A DNA stretch of 64,000 nt from a virus (Duplodnaviria > Heunggongvirae > Uroviricota > Caudoviricetes): the IMG/VR virus record IMGVR_UViG_3300038393_003162, positions 1 through 64,000 of that record; one strand, 5' to 3'. The notes beneath the pieces were generated by a model. It ran no database searches, was not told the origin of the DNA, and saw only the letters and a program-made list of their open reading frames with translations. Of the stretch, positions 10,133 to 20,925 are shown one piece after another. Every line of letters starts with the position of its first letter. Within the stretch, counting starts at the first letter, position 1. The position numbers and the translations under genes are program-made.

Positions 10133-10480
10133 TCAGTGGAGCTTGCCGGAGCTCCCCCAGGTGTGGGGCAGGGTCTCGCGATGTCCGTTGCGGTTGATGA
10201 TGCGGGAACGTCGCACGAACCCGGCATAGGGGTTGCCGCAAAGCTCGCAGACGTGTCCGGTCGCGGGGTGTCGGTTCTGTTCGCTCTTGCCGTAGCAGTA
10301 ACGCGCCCGTTCGGCACCACGGCACTTGCGGCACTTGTCGGCAGACGTGTCGAAAGTATAGGTCCTGAAGAAAACGACGCCATTACTGAGCGTCACTTTG
10401 AGGATGACTTTCTCTTTCCAGCTTGCCATCGGATTTTTCTCGTCATAAGCACCTGCTGCCGTGCGATAGATCATGATCAC
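10133..10480 (-). CDS. hypothetical protein with two CxxC motifs
   Basis: CRKC and CELC; motif at 10511. Confidence 0.6.
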   Translation of the reverse strand: MIMIYRTAAGAYDEKNPMASWKEKVILKVTLSNGVVFFRTYTFDTSADKCRKCRGAERARYCYGKSEQNRHPATGHVCELCGNPYAGFVRRSRIINRNGHRETLPHTWGSSGKLH

Positions 10481-11283
10481 TCCAGGAATGGGTTGCGGTT
10501 AATCCGTGGCTAAGGGCGTGTCCGGTTATAGCTAGTATAGATCAGAAAGTAGGGCTGAGGAATTCCCCAGCCCTTTTTGATTGATTGTTTAGAATTATCT
10601 TCGTCGGGGCGAAAGCGGCTTGAGCAACTTGCGAGGTGTCGGGAGCGGTTCGCTTTCCTTTTGGACTGCCTTGAACACGAGGTAAGGCGCGGGGACGACA
10701 ACGACGTTGCTGATTTGGTCGCGAGTCCGAATCGGCATGAAATCAGCGTTCGGACGGTTGAAGATAACGGAGAACACTCTGTCACTCCTTCGGGGTGGGT
10801 TGCGGTTGATCCACCTCGAAGGGTGCGTCCGGCTATTGATCTCCTTTTCGTATTTTTAAGTGAACAGATGTAAAGATTATGATTCTTACATGTGATCATA
10901 AGCGGGCAGTAGTTTATGTATGGATATGCCTGCCCGCTTATGATTAGACAAAATTAACCGTGCGGTCCGGGTCCATCGGAGCAGTTGAGGCAAGGACCGT
11001 CACAGCTGGGGCAACGGCTACCGCCGGTGCAGCACTGGTCGAGCGGTTCGTTACACGTCTCACAGTTGCCGAGTTCTTCGTCTTCGTCGGCGTTACGTCC
11101 GTCAACCAACTTTTCTGTTTCCTTCATCTCAATCTGCTTTGCCATCCTAACACCTCTGTTTGTGTGATCTTTCAATCTTTGTTCTTGACTTCGACATTTC
11201 TAAGGGCGTGTCCGGTTATTGGTCATATGAAACGGACGAAGGGAAGGGGGTTGTTGTCCCCTTCCCTTGCCGTGGTCGTCGGA

Positions 11284-11529
11284 CTAGGCGACGAGCTTCA
11301 GGACGGTCGCCTTGCGGCTGAACTTCTTCATGGAGTGGATGGACGCCGCGCCCTGCGTGGGGAAGCCGGGCTTGAGCAAGTAGATCGAGGTCCCGACCTT
11401 GGCGACGAGGTTCCAGTTGCCCTTGCTGCCGACGAGGTGCAGCTTGCCGTTGGGCAAGAGGTTCTGACGGAGCTTGTTGATCAGGTTTTTGCGGAACTCG
11501 CGGCGGGTGGTCTTGATGGTGCTGCTCAT
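11284..11529 (-). CDS. small basic hypothetical protein
   Basis: motif at 11586; hairpin downstream. Confidence 0.7.
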   Translation of the reverse strand: MSSTIKTTRREFRKNLINKLRQNLLPNGKLHLVGSKGNWNLVAKVGTSIYLLKPGFPTQGAASIHSMKKFSRKATVLKLVA

Positions 11530-11719
11530 CGTTTCGCTTCTTTCCGGGGTTAGGTTGTTGTCGGAGCGACTTGCTTCGACACCTCCAAGGGCGTGTCCGG
11601 TTTTTACCTCTTAAGTGACAAGTAAAAATATGTATTATAGTTTAATCATTCACTTGTGAGTATGTTAATCATGTCTGGATACTTGTGTGTTTGTATCCAG
11701 ACATGATTAACAAAATTGG

Positions 11720-12016
11720 CTAGGACTTAACCGTTCCGACGAAGACGGCGAGTCGCTGGTCGCTCCCGTCACCGATCCAGCCCGCCGAACGCCAGTCGAT
11801 GATACACTCGACCTTGTCGGGGTCAGTCAAGATCCGGTGATCGGCGATTGGTTCGCTGAAGTGGATGAAAGCATACGGCTTGAACGGATCGGTCTTGTTC
11901 TCGCGATGCCAAATCACGAAATCGCGGTCGCCGTTCGTGGCTTTCCCCAGCCCTGTATTCAGAACGTAATCCGGAATGAGGTCAGAATTAGTCTGATTGA
12001 CTTGCCAAAGCGCCAT
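11720..12016 (-). CDS. hypothetical protein
   Basis: motif at 12055, AGGA RBS. Confidence 0.65.
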   Translation of the reverse strand: MALWQVNQTNSDLIPDYVLNTGLGKATNGDRDFVIWHRENKTDPFKPYAFIHFSEPIADHRILTDPDKVECIIDWRSAGWIGDGSDQRLAVFVGTVKS

Positions 12017-12122
12017 GGTTTTATCCTGGAGGGGTGAGTTGTGATCTCCGCTTCTAAGGGCATGTCCGGTTATTGAGGGCAAACGAGACGAGGCAGGGAT
12101 TGCTCCCTGCCTCGTGGTCGTC

Positions 12123-12461
12123 TCAGAGGTCGAACTTGATACCGTCGTGCTTGGCGCGGAGAAGGACGGCAGCCGCGAAGCCGGTCCGGCGAGACAGCAT
12201 CCAGTTGACGATGCCGTATGCTCGGATGACGCCATAGTCCTGTTCGGCGTCGTTGTAGGCGTTGACGACGGTTGCGGCTGCCTCTTGGTCGGCGAGGCTA
12301 ACCGACAACTTGGGACGTATAGCCTGGAGATTCTCCGATTCTCGCAGAATCATTGTACGGACCTTTTCGGTGTCGTCGCAGTCCACTTGCGGGAGAAACT
12401 TGTTGATTTGAGCCGCAGTGATCGGGGATTTGAAGTCGTCGCGAGTGAGTTTCTTGTCCAT
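12123..12461 (-). CDS. hypothetical protein
   Basis: motif at 12509, AAGGA RBS. Confidence 0.65.
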   Translation of the reverse strand: MDKKLTRDDFKSPITAAQINKFLPQVDCDDTEKVRTMILRESENLQAIRPKLSVSLADQEAAATVVNAYNDAEQDYGVIRAYGIVNWMLSRRTGFAAAVLLRAKHDGIKFDL

Positions 12462-12644
12462 GTCTTTTCCTTTGAGTTGGTCTCGGCGACTTGCCAAGCT
12501 TGTGCCTCTAAGGGTACGTCCGGTTATTATCTAACTCAGACAGAAAAACATGTGTTTATGAATTTAGTTGTTCATTTATAACAAGGACGTGACGCTTATG
12601 TATGATAGTATGTGCGTCACGCCCCTCAAGACAAAATAGCCGGG

Positions 12645-12887
12645 TTATACGGGGTTGCCTTCTCCGACGGTGGAGATAACGATTGGTCCGATCCACTTGG
12701 CGGGGTTAACCTTTGCCCACGCTTCACCACACCCCGCGTTGACCTCTCTGATCTTTTCCTGGACTTCGGGATAGCCGTTGGAGATGGTCGACATGTCGAT
12801 CCATCGCCGACCGTCGGTCTCGCGGATTGCCGCCCAATAGCCGTTTTGGACGACGGTCTCTTTCAGTTCCCAATCGTTTTCGGACAT
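12645..12887 (-). CDS. hypothetical protein
   Basis: motif at 12929, GAGGA RBS. Confidence 0.65.
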   Translation of the reverse strand: MSENDWELKETVVQNGYWAAIRETDGRRWIDMSTISNGYPEVQEKIREVNAGCGEAWAKVNPAKWIGPIVISTVGEGNPV

Positions 12888-13000
12888 CTTGATTCCTCTG
12901 AAGTGGTGAGAAGTGTTGCCAACGATATTGAGGGCGTATCCGGCTATTGGTCGTGAGGCGTGAGAAGTCGCCTAGGAGTGTTTCCTAGGCGACTCGTGAG

Positions 13001-13540
13001 TCATCGCACGTAGTTAGGCGGATTGGACGGTTCAACGGCATACTTCTCGATGACTTCCTTCGTCGGACGATAGAGGCTGCAGCCCCGTCCGACCTTGGAC
13101 TTGGGCTTGGCTCCCTGCTCTGCTTTGGCTTTCATGTTCCAAAGCTTTCGATAGGCGAGCGGGGTCGCAGCCTCAATGGCATTGAAGACGAGAGGTTGGG
13201 CGAAGCCTGCCAGACGCATCTCTTCAGCGATTTCTCCGAGCCGATTTAGAGCGTCCTGGACCTGTTGTTCTGTCATCTCGATTGCCCGATAGATCATCTC
13301 AGGCAAGACCGGCGTGTCGAATGAATCAAGATCATCAAACCAATTGCTGAGTTTCTCGCCATGCTTGGCAGCCATCATCTCGGCGACGATACAATCCGCC
13401 ATCTCAAGACGGAATTGCTGCTCCGTCTTGAATTCCTTGTGTGTCCCTTCACTCTCCACATCAGCGAACCGATTTTCATCAGCACGCTGCCCGAAGTAGT
13501 TTCCCCGTTCTTCCAGTCCGTACAGCCCGGCTTCTTTCAT
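13001..13540 (-). CDS. hypothetical protein
   Basis: motif at 13576, AGGGG RBS. Confidence 0.7.
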   Translation of the reverse strand: MKEAGLYGLEERGNYFGQRADENRFADVESEGTHKEFKTEQQFRLEMADCIVAEMMAAKHGEKLSNWFDDLDSFDTPVLPEMIYRAIEMTEQQVQDALNRLGEIAEEMRLAGFAQPLVFNAIEAATPLAYRKLWNMKAKAEQGAKPKSKVGRGCSLYRPTKEVIEKYAVEPSNPPNYVR

Positions 13541-13705
13541 CTGATTGCCCCTGAAGAGTGACGATTGAACGCCTCTAAGGGTACGTCCGGTTATTGCCTC
13601 GTTTAGAAGAAATACATTGAGTAATGTTGATATTGTCGTTAGAGTATACATCAATCATGCCTGAATACTTATGTGCTAGTATTCAGGCATGATTGACAAA
13701 ATAAA

Positions 13706-13942
13706 TCAGTGGCTTTCCCATATCTCCTTAGCCTTTTCGGGCGGTAGGGGAGGGTCGTATTGGCGAGGGATTTCGAAGCCGAGTTTTGCGAACTGCTCGG
13801 TATCGACGAGGTCGCCCTTCTTCTTTTTATTGAGACTGTTCGCAGCGGCTTGCCACATATGCCCCTGCTCGGACATCATGATATGTCCGAAGAGACCGAA
13901 AGAGTTGGTGTTGCTGGAGACCATGAGAACTTTCACGATCAT
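13706..13942 (-). CDS. hypothetical protein
   Basis: motif at 13981. Confidence 0.6.
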   Translation of the reverse strand: MIVKVLMVSSNTNSFGLFGHIMMSEQGHMWQAAANSLNKKKKGDLVDTEQFAKLGFEIPRQYDPPLPPEKAKEIWESH

Positions 13943-14013
13943 GGCATTGTCCTAGGAGTGAGGTACGGTTGATCCTCGTCTAAGGGCGTGTCCGGTTTTA
14001 ATCGTGTTAGGAG

Positions 14014-14041
14014 AAAAAGGGCGGGAGCAATCCCGCCCTTT
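14014..14041 (-). terminator. intrinsic terminator (representative of many in the array)
   Basis: AGGGCGGGA-TTGC-TCCCGCCCT followed by TTTT on the minus strand, directly upstream of motif 13981. Confidence 0.75.
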
Positions 14042-14044
14042 CGA

Positions 14045-14416
14045 TCAATCCCTTTTTAACGGTGTAATCAGATTCTTCAGCTTGAAGACGACGAGGTAAG
14101 GGTCGTCGTGCTTGCCCATATCTTCAATGGGCATGATCTTTTTGAGATTGTAACCTCGTCCGATTCCCCCGGCTCCGTGGTGCCACTGGTCAATGTAAAT
14201 GCCCGACCCAAACGTGTAATCCACGATGATGTACTCATAACCCTGTTTTTCCATCATGGTAATCGCCTCGTCCAATGAGGCGACTTCGGGATAGCCGGGG
14301 GACGCGCCGTGGTGCGGGAAGTAGATCAAATGATCATGAGTATTTTTGCCGTCGTAGGGACGTGCCGTGATGCCGCCCTTGTTAACCTCAATCACGACCT
14401 TGAGCGATTCAGCCAT
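14045..14416 (-). CDS. hypothetical protein
   Basis: motif at 14454, AGGA RBS. Confidence 0.7.
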   Translation of the reverse strand: MAESLKVVIEVNKGGITARPYDGKNTHDHLIYFPHHGASPGYPEVASLDEAITMMEKQGYEYIIVDYTFGSGIYIDQWHHGAGGIGRGYNLKKIMPIEDMGKHDDPYLVVFKLKNLITPLKRD

Positions 14417-14593
14417 GTTCTTGTCCTGAAAGAGTGTGGATTCATCCAGCGTCTAAGGGGACATCCGGCTATTGATCGTGTTCAGAGGAAAAACATTTAG
14501 TGATGCTTATATTGTCGTTAGAGTATACGTCAATCATGCCCGAATACTAACACACAAGTATTCGGGCATGATTGACAAAATTGCGAGCATTAA

Positions 14594-14794
14594 TCACCAC
14601 CTCATGGCAGCATTCCATGCTTTAGGCAATGTGCCACCGCTGGTGAGCCATTCATCAAAATTCAAGCATGCTTCCGCCAAAGCGAGCGAATCTGCCTGTT
14701 TCCATGCTGGACTGGTTGGCGTGCCCTTGCCTTCATTTTGGATACGCCGAGCAGACAAAGTGCGAATCATCTGCAGCAATGCGTTAGGGTCCAT
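14594..14794 (-). CDS. hypothetical phage protein (MDPNA...WLxxGGxLPxAW)
   Basis: degenerate motif at 14836, GAGGA RBS. Confidence 0.65.
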   Translation of the reverse strand: MDPNALLQMIRTLSARRIQNEGKGTPTSPAWKQADSLALAEACLNFDEWLTSGGTLPKAWNAAMRW

Positions 14795-15353
14795 GATTTA
14801 ATCCTCAAGTGTTAAGTAAACAACTTTCCTGTTGCTGAGGATGTATCCTAGTTTAATCCCCGAAACAAGAAAAGGCGGGATTGCTCCCGCCTGATTTTTC
14901 AATCTCCGTTATTCCCACGAAGGGCGTCGGTTAGTGTACGAGTAAGGGCGTCGGTAACGCCTTTCTGCAGTAGCTCGTGAGCGTGAGATTCTAAATAGTC
15001 CCAATATCCCTTGTCGCCGTATCCCTGCTGTTGTGCTTGTCGTGCTGCCAGGCTCTTGTATTCACTCTCGGCAGGCATCTCCATTCCCCTTTCGTTTTGC
15101 TTCCTCTTTGAGCATGAATTGTCTGCACCGCTTAGGGTACGTCCGACTTTAGCACGTCCTAGACCAAATGTAAAGTACAAACTCCGTCGGCTATGCGTGA
15201 ATCAATCCAATAATACGTATGTCTATCGTGCCTGGATACTCGTGATATATCCAGGCACGATAGACAAAATTGCGAGCATATCAACGCCGCTAACCTAACA
15301 GTCCTGAATACCTAATCGTATCCAGGACTGTTAGGTATTGCAAAAATATCCGA

Positions 15354-15755
15354 TCAGTAGTCGTCGCCGTTGTGCTGCTCGGCTTTGGTGTGTCGCTGAT
15401 CGAGCAAGACGGTTGCCGTGTCGAGCGTAGCAAGGTGAGGATTGATCAGCCGATTGAAATCGGTCTGATACCGGGGGTCATAGCTCGCATAGCGAGACGC
15501 TGAACCGTCAGCCGTGGGGACGAGACCGGACGGGGCTGCGGGGTGATCATGCCCCTTGAGGACGAGCAGGAAGGGCTTGGGGTGTCCACCACCCGTGATG
15601 GTGGTCTTACGCTTGCCTTTCTGGTAGAACTCGACGACCTTGTAGCCGGGGCAGGCTTTGTTGTCGGCGATCCGCTCCAGCTTGCCGTAATGCGTGGTGA
15701 TTCCGAACCCACCGGAGATGTACACCGTGACTTTCTCTTTGTCCTTGCTCGCCAT
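15354..15755 (-). CDS. hypothetical protein
   Basis: motif at 15798. Confidence 0.7.
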   Translation of the reverse strand: MASKDKEKVTVYISGGFGITTHYGKLERIADNKACPGYKVVEFYQKGKRKTTITGGGHPKPFLLVLKGHDHPAAPSGLVPTADGSASRYASYDPRYQTDFNRLINPHLATLDTATVLLDQRHTKAEQHNGDDY

Positions 15756-15861
15756 TGTTTCGTTGTCCTAGAGAGGTGAGGTTGATTGATCCTGTTCTCA
15801 GGGCGTGTCCGGTTATTAGTCGCGTTAAAGAAAGAAGGGGGATTTCTCCCCCTTGGTTAAC

Positions 15862-16104
15862 TCAGTCGTAGGTAGCGGTCTTGGGGTAGAGGTTGATGAC
15901 TCTGGCAAAGGCTTCACGTTCCTCCACGCAGACGACCGCATCCTTTTCGCTGGAACCGAAGGGGACACCGACCGATACGACCATGTTAGGATTGGTGGGA
16001 TGGTCGTAAACCGTGACGTCTCGCTGACGCCAGTTGTTTTTGAGTCGCCCGATCACGGGCTTACCCTTGACGGTTTCCAACGTGATGTTTTCGGAGTTTG
16101 CCAT
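15862..16104 (-). CDS. hypothetical protein
   Basis: motif at 16145, AAGGA RBS. Confidence 0.7.
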   Translation of the reverse strand: MANSENITLETVKGKPVIGRLKNNWRQRDVTVYDHPTNPNMVVSVGVPFGSSEKDAVVCVEEREAFARVINLYPKTATYD

Positions 16105-16217
16105 TGTTATGGTCCTTGGGAGGTGAGGTTGATTGATTCGTTACTCAGGGCGTGTCCGGTTATAACTCAGTGCAAGAACAGAAGGGGGAATTTCTTCCCC
16201 CTTGGTCGACTGGTGGT

Positions 16218-16427
16218 TTACTTGGTCTGCTTCGGCGAGGAGAGCTTCATGGCGCTCTTGACGGTGATTTCCCGTCCGGTCTTGAGGTTGGTCGCTCGCC
16301 AGTGAGTCCGTGCCTTGCTATACGTGGTCCCGGAATGCTCGACCTTTTCCAGGATTTTCACCTGAATCTTGCCGCTCGTGTGGTTCATGGTGTACTGCTG
16401 CCCTACCACCACGTCTTTCTTCGTCAT
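16218..16427 (-). CDS. small basic hypothetical protein
   Basis: motif at 16473; W.ATNLKTGREITVKSA. Confidence 0.7.
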   Translation of the reverse strand: MTKKDVVVGQQYTMNHTSGKIQVKILEKVEHSGTTYSKARTHWRATNLKTGREITVKSAMKLSSPKQTK

Positions 16428-16611
16428 GTCTTTGTCCTTGCTAGGTGCCAGAGAAGATGGTTTCAGCGAGACTAAGGGTGCGTCCGTGTTTAACACCAAC
16501 CAAAGAATAAAAACATGAAAGCATTTTAATTATTAAATTTGCTTTTTACTTGTATATGTCAATCATGCCTAGGTGCTTATAATTACACCTAGGCATGATT
16601 GACAAAACAAT

Positions 16612-17103
16612 TCAGAGCTTGCCGTAGATCGGCACATGGGCGATGTAATGGGTCAGAGTCGTGAATGCCGCATGATCCTCCTCAGCCTCTTTCTTGAGCT
16701 TGCCGACGATGCCGAGCAGATTGTCATGGTCTTCTTTGCCGAGCACGATGCCGCCGCGACTGGCGAAGCCGTAGAGGGCGTCAGAATCGTGCCAGGCGTA
16801 GGCGATCCAGATGGCTTGAACGAGTTGGTCGGACTCGTGCGCCGTGGTGATGACGTAGCACTCGCCTTCACGATCGCCGGTCAGGGTCCGGTCCACCCAA
16901 TAGCCACCGAACAACATATGTGGACGTGATCTCCAAGTCCAATCCTTGAAGTATCGCTTTGTGCGGTTGGCGACATCCTCCAGGGTGAACCCGTAGATGA
17001 CCGCCTGCAACCTGTGATCCGGCGTCTCTTTCTTCACGTCCTCCATCGTCATGCGACGAAGGACGAAATGCTTAGACACGGCTTTCGGAACATAGCTCGA
17101 CAT
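16612..17103 (-). CDS. hypothetical protein
   Basis: motif at 17145; stop abuts a palindrome. Confidence 0.65.
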   Translation of the reverse strand: MSSYVPKAVSKHFVLRRMTMEDVKKETPDHRLQAVIYGFTLEDVANRTKRYFKDWTWRSRPHMLFGGYWVDRTLTGDREGECYVITTAHESDQLVQAIWIAYAWHDSDALYGFASRGGIVLGKEDHDNLLGIVGKLKKEAEEDHAAFTTLTHYIAHVPIYGKL

Positions 17104-17399
17104 GTTTCCACTCTCTCAGGGGCAGAAGGTTGATCGTCCGATGCCGAGGGGGTTTCCGGTTATTAGCTCATATCCTTGCGAATGCTGTTTTTCTTCAATC
17201 GCTTGCCGCCGTGTACCGTCCTGGCAACCCAATGCTGTTGTCCGCCCACTACAAACCAAATGATCGTATCATGAGTCTTGCGAATCTCAATGGATTCTCT
17301 CGGAATGCCAAGGTCTTTCGCGATGTCGTCGAGCAAGTCCATTCTATCACCTTGCTTGTTAATGTGGGGCGAGTTGGCTTTCCTCGCCCCTAGGGGTTG

Positions 17400-17708
17400 T
17401 CAGAGCCGCTCGTGTTTGTACGCCTTGAGGTCGTCGAAGAGTCGAATGGCGATGAGATCGACGGCATCACCGATCGCGCGGGTCTTCATCACGCCGGTCT
17501 TATCGTTCCAAGTGGAGTCGGTGAGAGTTGAAACGTAAGTTGTCACGTCCTTAATGCGGTTGACCTCGGTTGCCACGAAGTAGCGAGCGCCTTTGATCAC
17601 GCCGTCGCGATTCTTGTAGGCGAGCGAGAAGATGGTCGTCCCCTTGGGGGCGTACTTCAGGAAGATTGTCTTGTGACGCTCGAACTGTTCTTTGGTTGCG
17701 GTTGGCAT
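17400..17708 (-). CDS. hypothetical protein
   Basis: motif at 17751. Confidence 0.7.
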   Translation of the reverse strand: MPTATKEQFERHKTIFLKYAPKGTTIFSLAYKNRDGVIKGARYFVATEVNRIKDVTTYVSTLTDSTWNDKTGVMKTRAIGDAVDLIAIRLFDDLKAYKHERL

Positions 17709-17765
17709 TGATTCAGGTTCTCTTCGGGATGAGGTTGGTTGATCCGTTGCTGAGGGCGTGTCCGG

Positions 17766-18320
17766 TTATTGTCCGGAAGAATCAAAGTCAAGAATCCCTT
17801 GCTCGTTTTCTCTGTATGTCAGCAGACCGTTTGAAACTCTGGCAGGTTGTGTATACTTATGATGTTTAATCACATCAATCTCCATGATATGGCATACATC
17901 CCAAGACCTGCACTTCAGGAAGTCCGATATCATCGACCGATGACACTTCCACCATACAGCTTCGGAACACATATAGCAAACACTGCTGTCTGTCGCCATC
18001 GTCTCCAACTGTGTGATACCGTTCTCGAAACCGCCTGTCTCCATGTAATCAGCATAACCCCGAAACGATGGATGCCGCCACCGCGTGTTAGGCGAATTCT
18101 TATTCACCTTACGACGACCTCCAAGATCGGTAATATGAACATATTCAATCCCAGATGCGGGGATCGTATTGGACAAATTCTCCTTGTTGAAATGAGGATA
18201 TTTTCTTGATCCCGGAAAAGAACGAACATCCACCAGGATTTGAATATCCTGAGAATGCAACATGTCAATAAGATCGTTCAACGAACGAGTTGAGTGACCA
18301 ATCGTCCAAATCTGAGGCAT
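17766..18320 (-). CDS. DUF488 family protein
   Basis: IWTIGHSTRS, LVDVRSFPGSR, LGGRR, F.GYADYM, MCSEAVWWKCHR are typical DUF488 motifs. Confidence 0.9.
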   Translation of the reverse strand: MPQIWTIGHSTRSLNDLIDMLHSQDIQILVDVRSFPGSRKYPHFNKENLSNTIPASGIEYVHITDLGGRRKVNKNSPNTRWRHPSFRGYADYMETGGFENGITQLETMATDSSVCYMCSEAVWWKCHRSMISDFLKCRSWDVCHIMEIDVIKHHKYTQPARVSNGLLTYRENEQGILDFDSSGQ

Positions 18321-18349
18321 GATTCCGTATCCTAGGGCGTGTCTGGTTG

Positions 18350-18700
18350 TTAACTGATGAACTCGATAAACTCATCCGTGAAAGACCCGTCGTCGTTGAA
18401 GACCGTTTCTTCTCCACCGTCGCCGGTCTTGAAGACGAGAGGATAATTCTCTTTGCTGTTGAGGCACGAGAAAAGAAAGATGTGCTTGTTGTTAGTCTTG
18501 CGAAGATGGAGATTAACGCAGTACAGGTTCCCCGAAGAATCATCACGCTCGATGATGAATCCCGCCTCTGGTGCTATGTGGTCCAGAGCAAGAGGGTATT
18601 TCCCTGGATAGTCGTTGAGGATCAACGCCAACCGCCCCAAACACTTGAGCAGTTTCGACTCGTTAAACAAGTCTCTTGGAATGACACGACGATACGACAT
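18350..18700 (-). CDS. conserved phage hypothetical protein
   Basis: Y.RVIPRDLFNESKLLKCLG; motif at 18739. Confidence 0.7.
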   Translation of the reverse strand: MSYRRVIPRDLFNESKLLKCLGRLALILNDYPGKYPLALDHIAPEAGFIIERDDSSGNLYCVNLHLRKTNNKHIFLFSCLNSKENYPLVFKTGDGGEETVFNDDGSFTDEFIEFIS

Positions 18701-18875
18701 GCTTAACTCTCCTGATGTCTAGGGGATGTCCGCACCTCTAAGGGTACATCCGTCTTTAACACCAACCAACGAATAAAAACATTAGAATATTCAAGTATTT
18801 GAATTTGATTTTTACTGTACGTGTCTATCATGCCTAGATGCTTATAACTACACCTAGGCATGATAGACAAAATAG

Positions 18876-19433
18876 TTACTTCTGGAACTTCTTCCAGGTC
18901 TTCGCGAGTTCAAGGGCGATCTCAACCGGAACGCTGCTGAACTCCAGATTCACCGAATCGCCGTACACCTGGCACTTGTTGATATATCCGAATTCCTTGT
19001 AATCAGTCCTCATGTCGACCTTGACCAGTTCCCCCTTGATCTCGCCGCCAAGAAAGTGAGCGAACTTCTTGAGGTTCTCATCTCGCTTGGTGACAAATTG
19101 GTCGTGCTTGTCACGCTGGATGATCTTCGCCTTGAGTTCCTGTCGGTACTCGGTGAAAAATCGGTTTATAATCTCGCTGGCGATTGCCGTTGCCGTTCGA
19201 TGATCGCCGACCCGGATGGAAGTCTTGATGTCAAACGAAAAGCCATCGATCGCCTTCAGGTCTTCTCCTGATATATCGATCTTCTTTTCTCTCGGCATGT
19301 GAATCAACACGATGCCGAATTGCCTGTCTACACTCCTGTTACCGATGTTGACGATTCGTCCATCATGAGCCTTGACGTAGTAGCTTTCGCCCAAGATCGC
19401 AGCAACTTGCGATCCGAGTATCTTCATGTTCAT
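18876..19433 (-). CDS. hypothetical protein
   Basis: motif at 19475. Confidence 0.7.
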   Translation of the reverse strand: MNMKILGSQVAAILGESYYVKAHDGRIVNIGNRSVDRQFGIVLIHMPREKKIDISGEDLKAIDGFSFDIKTSIRVGDHRTATAIASEIINRFFTEYRQELKAKIIQRDKHDQFVTKRDENLKKFAHFLGGEIKGELVKVDMRTDYKEFGYINKCQVYGDSVNLEFSSVPVEIALELAKTWKKFQK

Positions 19434-19489
19434 TTCCACGGCTAATCTTCTCCAAGAGTTGGTTGATCCGTTGCCTAGGATGTGTCCGG

Positions 19490-19822
19490 TTATTTCTTCT
19501 TTGTCGCATCCAGGCACTCGTGAACAAACGAATTGATCGCTTCGGCGAAACAGGCGTATTCGTGAGGCAACGCCTTAATTGCTGGGTAGCTAACCGGCAT
19601 CGTGTTTGTAATTCCCGCCTTAATGCCGACCCGAATCGCTTCGGCAAGATCGTAGATGCTGCTGATGGGCTTGTTGGAAAGCAAGTCGAGCAATGCCGTC
19701 GAAATGTCCTGTCCGGCTGGAGTCAACTCGGTTTCATCCGGAACGAGTTCGGTCGCGTCAACGTCATCCCGCAGTTTGACCTTGTCGCCAACTTTGAAGT
19801 TGTGTTTGGGCTTCTTGGGCAT
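19490..19822 (-). CDS. hypothetical protein (FKVGDKVK)
   Basis: motif at 19860; stop inside the next motif. Confidence 0.7.
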   Translation of the reverse strand: MPKKPKHNFKVGDKVKLRDDVDATELVPDETELTPAGQDISTALLDLLSNKPISSIYDLAEAIRVGIKAGITNTMPVSYPAIKALPHEYACFAEAINSFVHECLDATKKK

Positions 19823-19874
19823 CTCTCATTCCCCTTTGGGGTGTGACTTGTCCCGTCGTCTAGGGTATGTCCGG

Positions 19875-20234
19875 TTATTGCCGCTTCTTGACCAACCGTC
19901 GTTTATGTGTTCTCATGAAAAACGATTCCCAGATGGCATGATCGGGGTTATCTTCAGGAAACAGGTTGTCTTTCGGATGCTTCGCGTTGCGAGCATGCAA
20001 GTAAATAAGCTGATAGCGTTCTTCAGCCGTGAATTTGTCAGACCGAAATTTCCCTTCCTTGTCAAACACCAGCGAATGAAACTCCGGAGCGTACTCCTGA
20101 ATCCACTGAATCAACGGGGTGTGAAACCGATTGAACCTCTGGCACGCCGTTGTGGCACCTTGCCAAGCGGATTGAGACCGCGCAAAGACCGAACGAATAT
20201 ACTGGATGTTGAACAAATCATCAGCTATCATCAT
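19875..20234 (-). CDS. hypothetical protein
   Basis: own sigma70-like promoter TTGCCA-17-CATGAT at ~20284-20312; stop inside the motif. Confidence 0.6.
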   Translation of the reverse strand: MMIADDLFNIQYIRSVFARSQSAWQGATTACQRFNRFHTPLIQWIQEYAPEFHSLVFDKEGKFRSDKFTAEERYQLIYLHARNAKHPKDNLFPEDNPDHAIWESFFMRTHKRRLVKKRQ

Positions 20235-20388
20235 AGCCTCGCTTTCCGTGTTTGTTGATCGGGATTGCTCTCTCATTCACATCATCATGCCACAGCAAAG
20301 CGGCATTGGCAACCATAGTCATCTGAGCCTCTTGAAATGAAGCCGTAACCGATGGAAGAAAGGGGAGCGAATGCTCCCCCCGAAGAGT

Positions 20389-20925
20389 TTAGTTGTCTTC
20401 GTGCGCTTCCTCGCACTCGTCAGAGCAGAAGTATTTCCGCCCTTCGGGAACGTCCTCGTTACAATGCTGGCAAGTACGCTGGTTCTCCTCGTCAATTGCC
20501 ATCTCGACGCAGTTCTCTGAACAGAAGTCACCAAAATCAGGAAAATCCACGCGATGATAAGTATCCTTCGGGTCCAGGACATCACCACATCGCTCGCACT
20601 TCGGGAGAGCATTCCATCGCTCCTCAGCCCATTCCTTTAGTTCGTCATCCGTTTTTTCAGTCGGCTCAATCTCCATCCCCATTCCGCCCGTCGAACCAAG
20701 CGCGATGTTGATTTCCTCGTCGGGCTCATCCTTACGCCAGGCGTCCCGGATCGCTACTGCCGCCTTGATCGCCTCGCGAGGATCATCATACTCCTTGCCC
20801 TCGCCGAGATTCTTGTAACCGACGCTGAGCATGTCAGCACCCGAGTAGTCGAGTCCGTTCAATTCGACTTCGACAACCCGCTCGCCACTGTAGTAGTAGG
20901 ATTGACGGCTAACGTAGATACCCAC
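20389..20925 (-). CDS. hypothetical protein with two CxxC..FCSxxC zinc-finger-like motifs
   Basis: CERC..FCSENC and CQHC..FCSDEC. Confidence 0.7.
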   Translation of the reverse strand: MGIYVSRQSYYYSGERVVEVELNGLDYSGADMLSVGYKNLGEGKEYDDPREAIKAAVAIRDAWRKDEPDEEINIALGSTGGMGMEIEPTEKTDDELKEWAEERWNALPKCERCGDVLDPKDTYHRVDFPDFGDFCSENCVEMAIDEENQRTCQHCNEDVPEGRKYFCSDECEEAHEDN

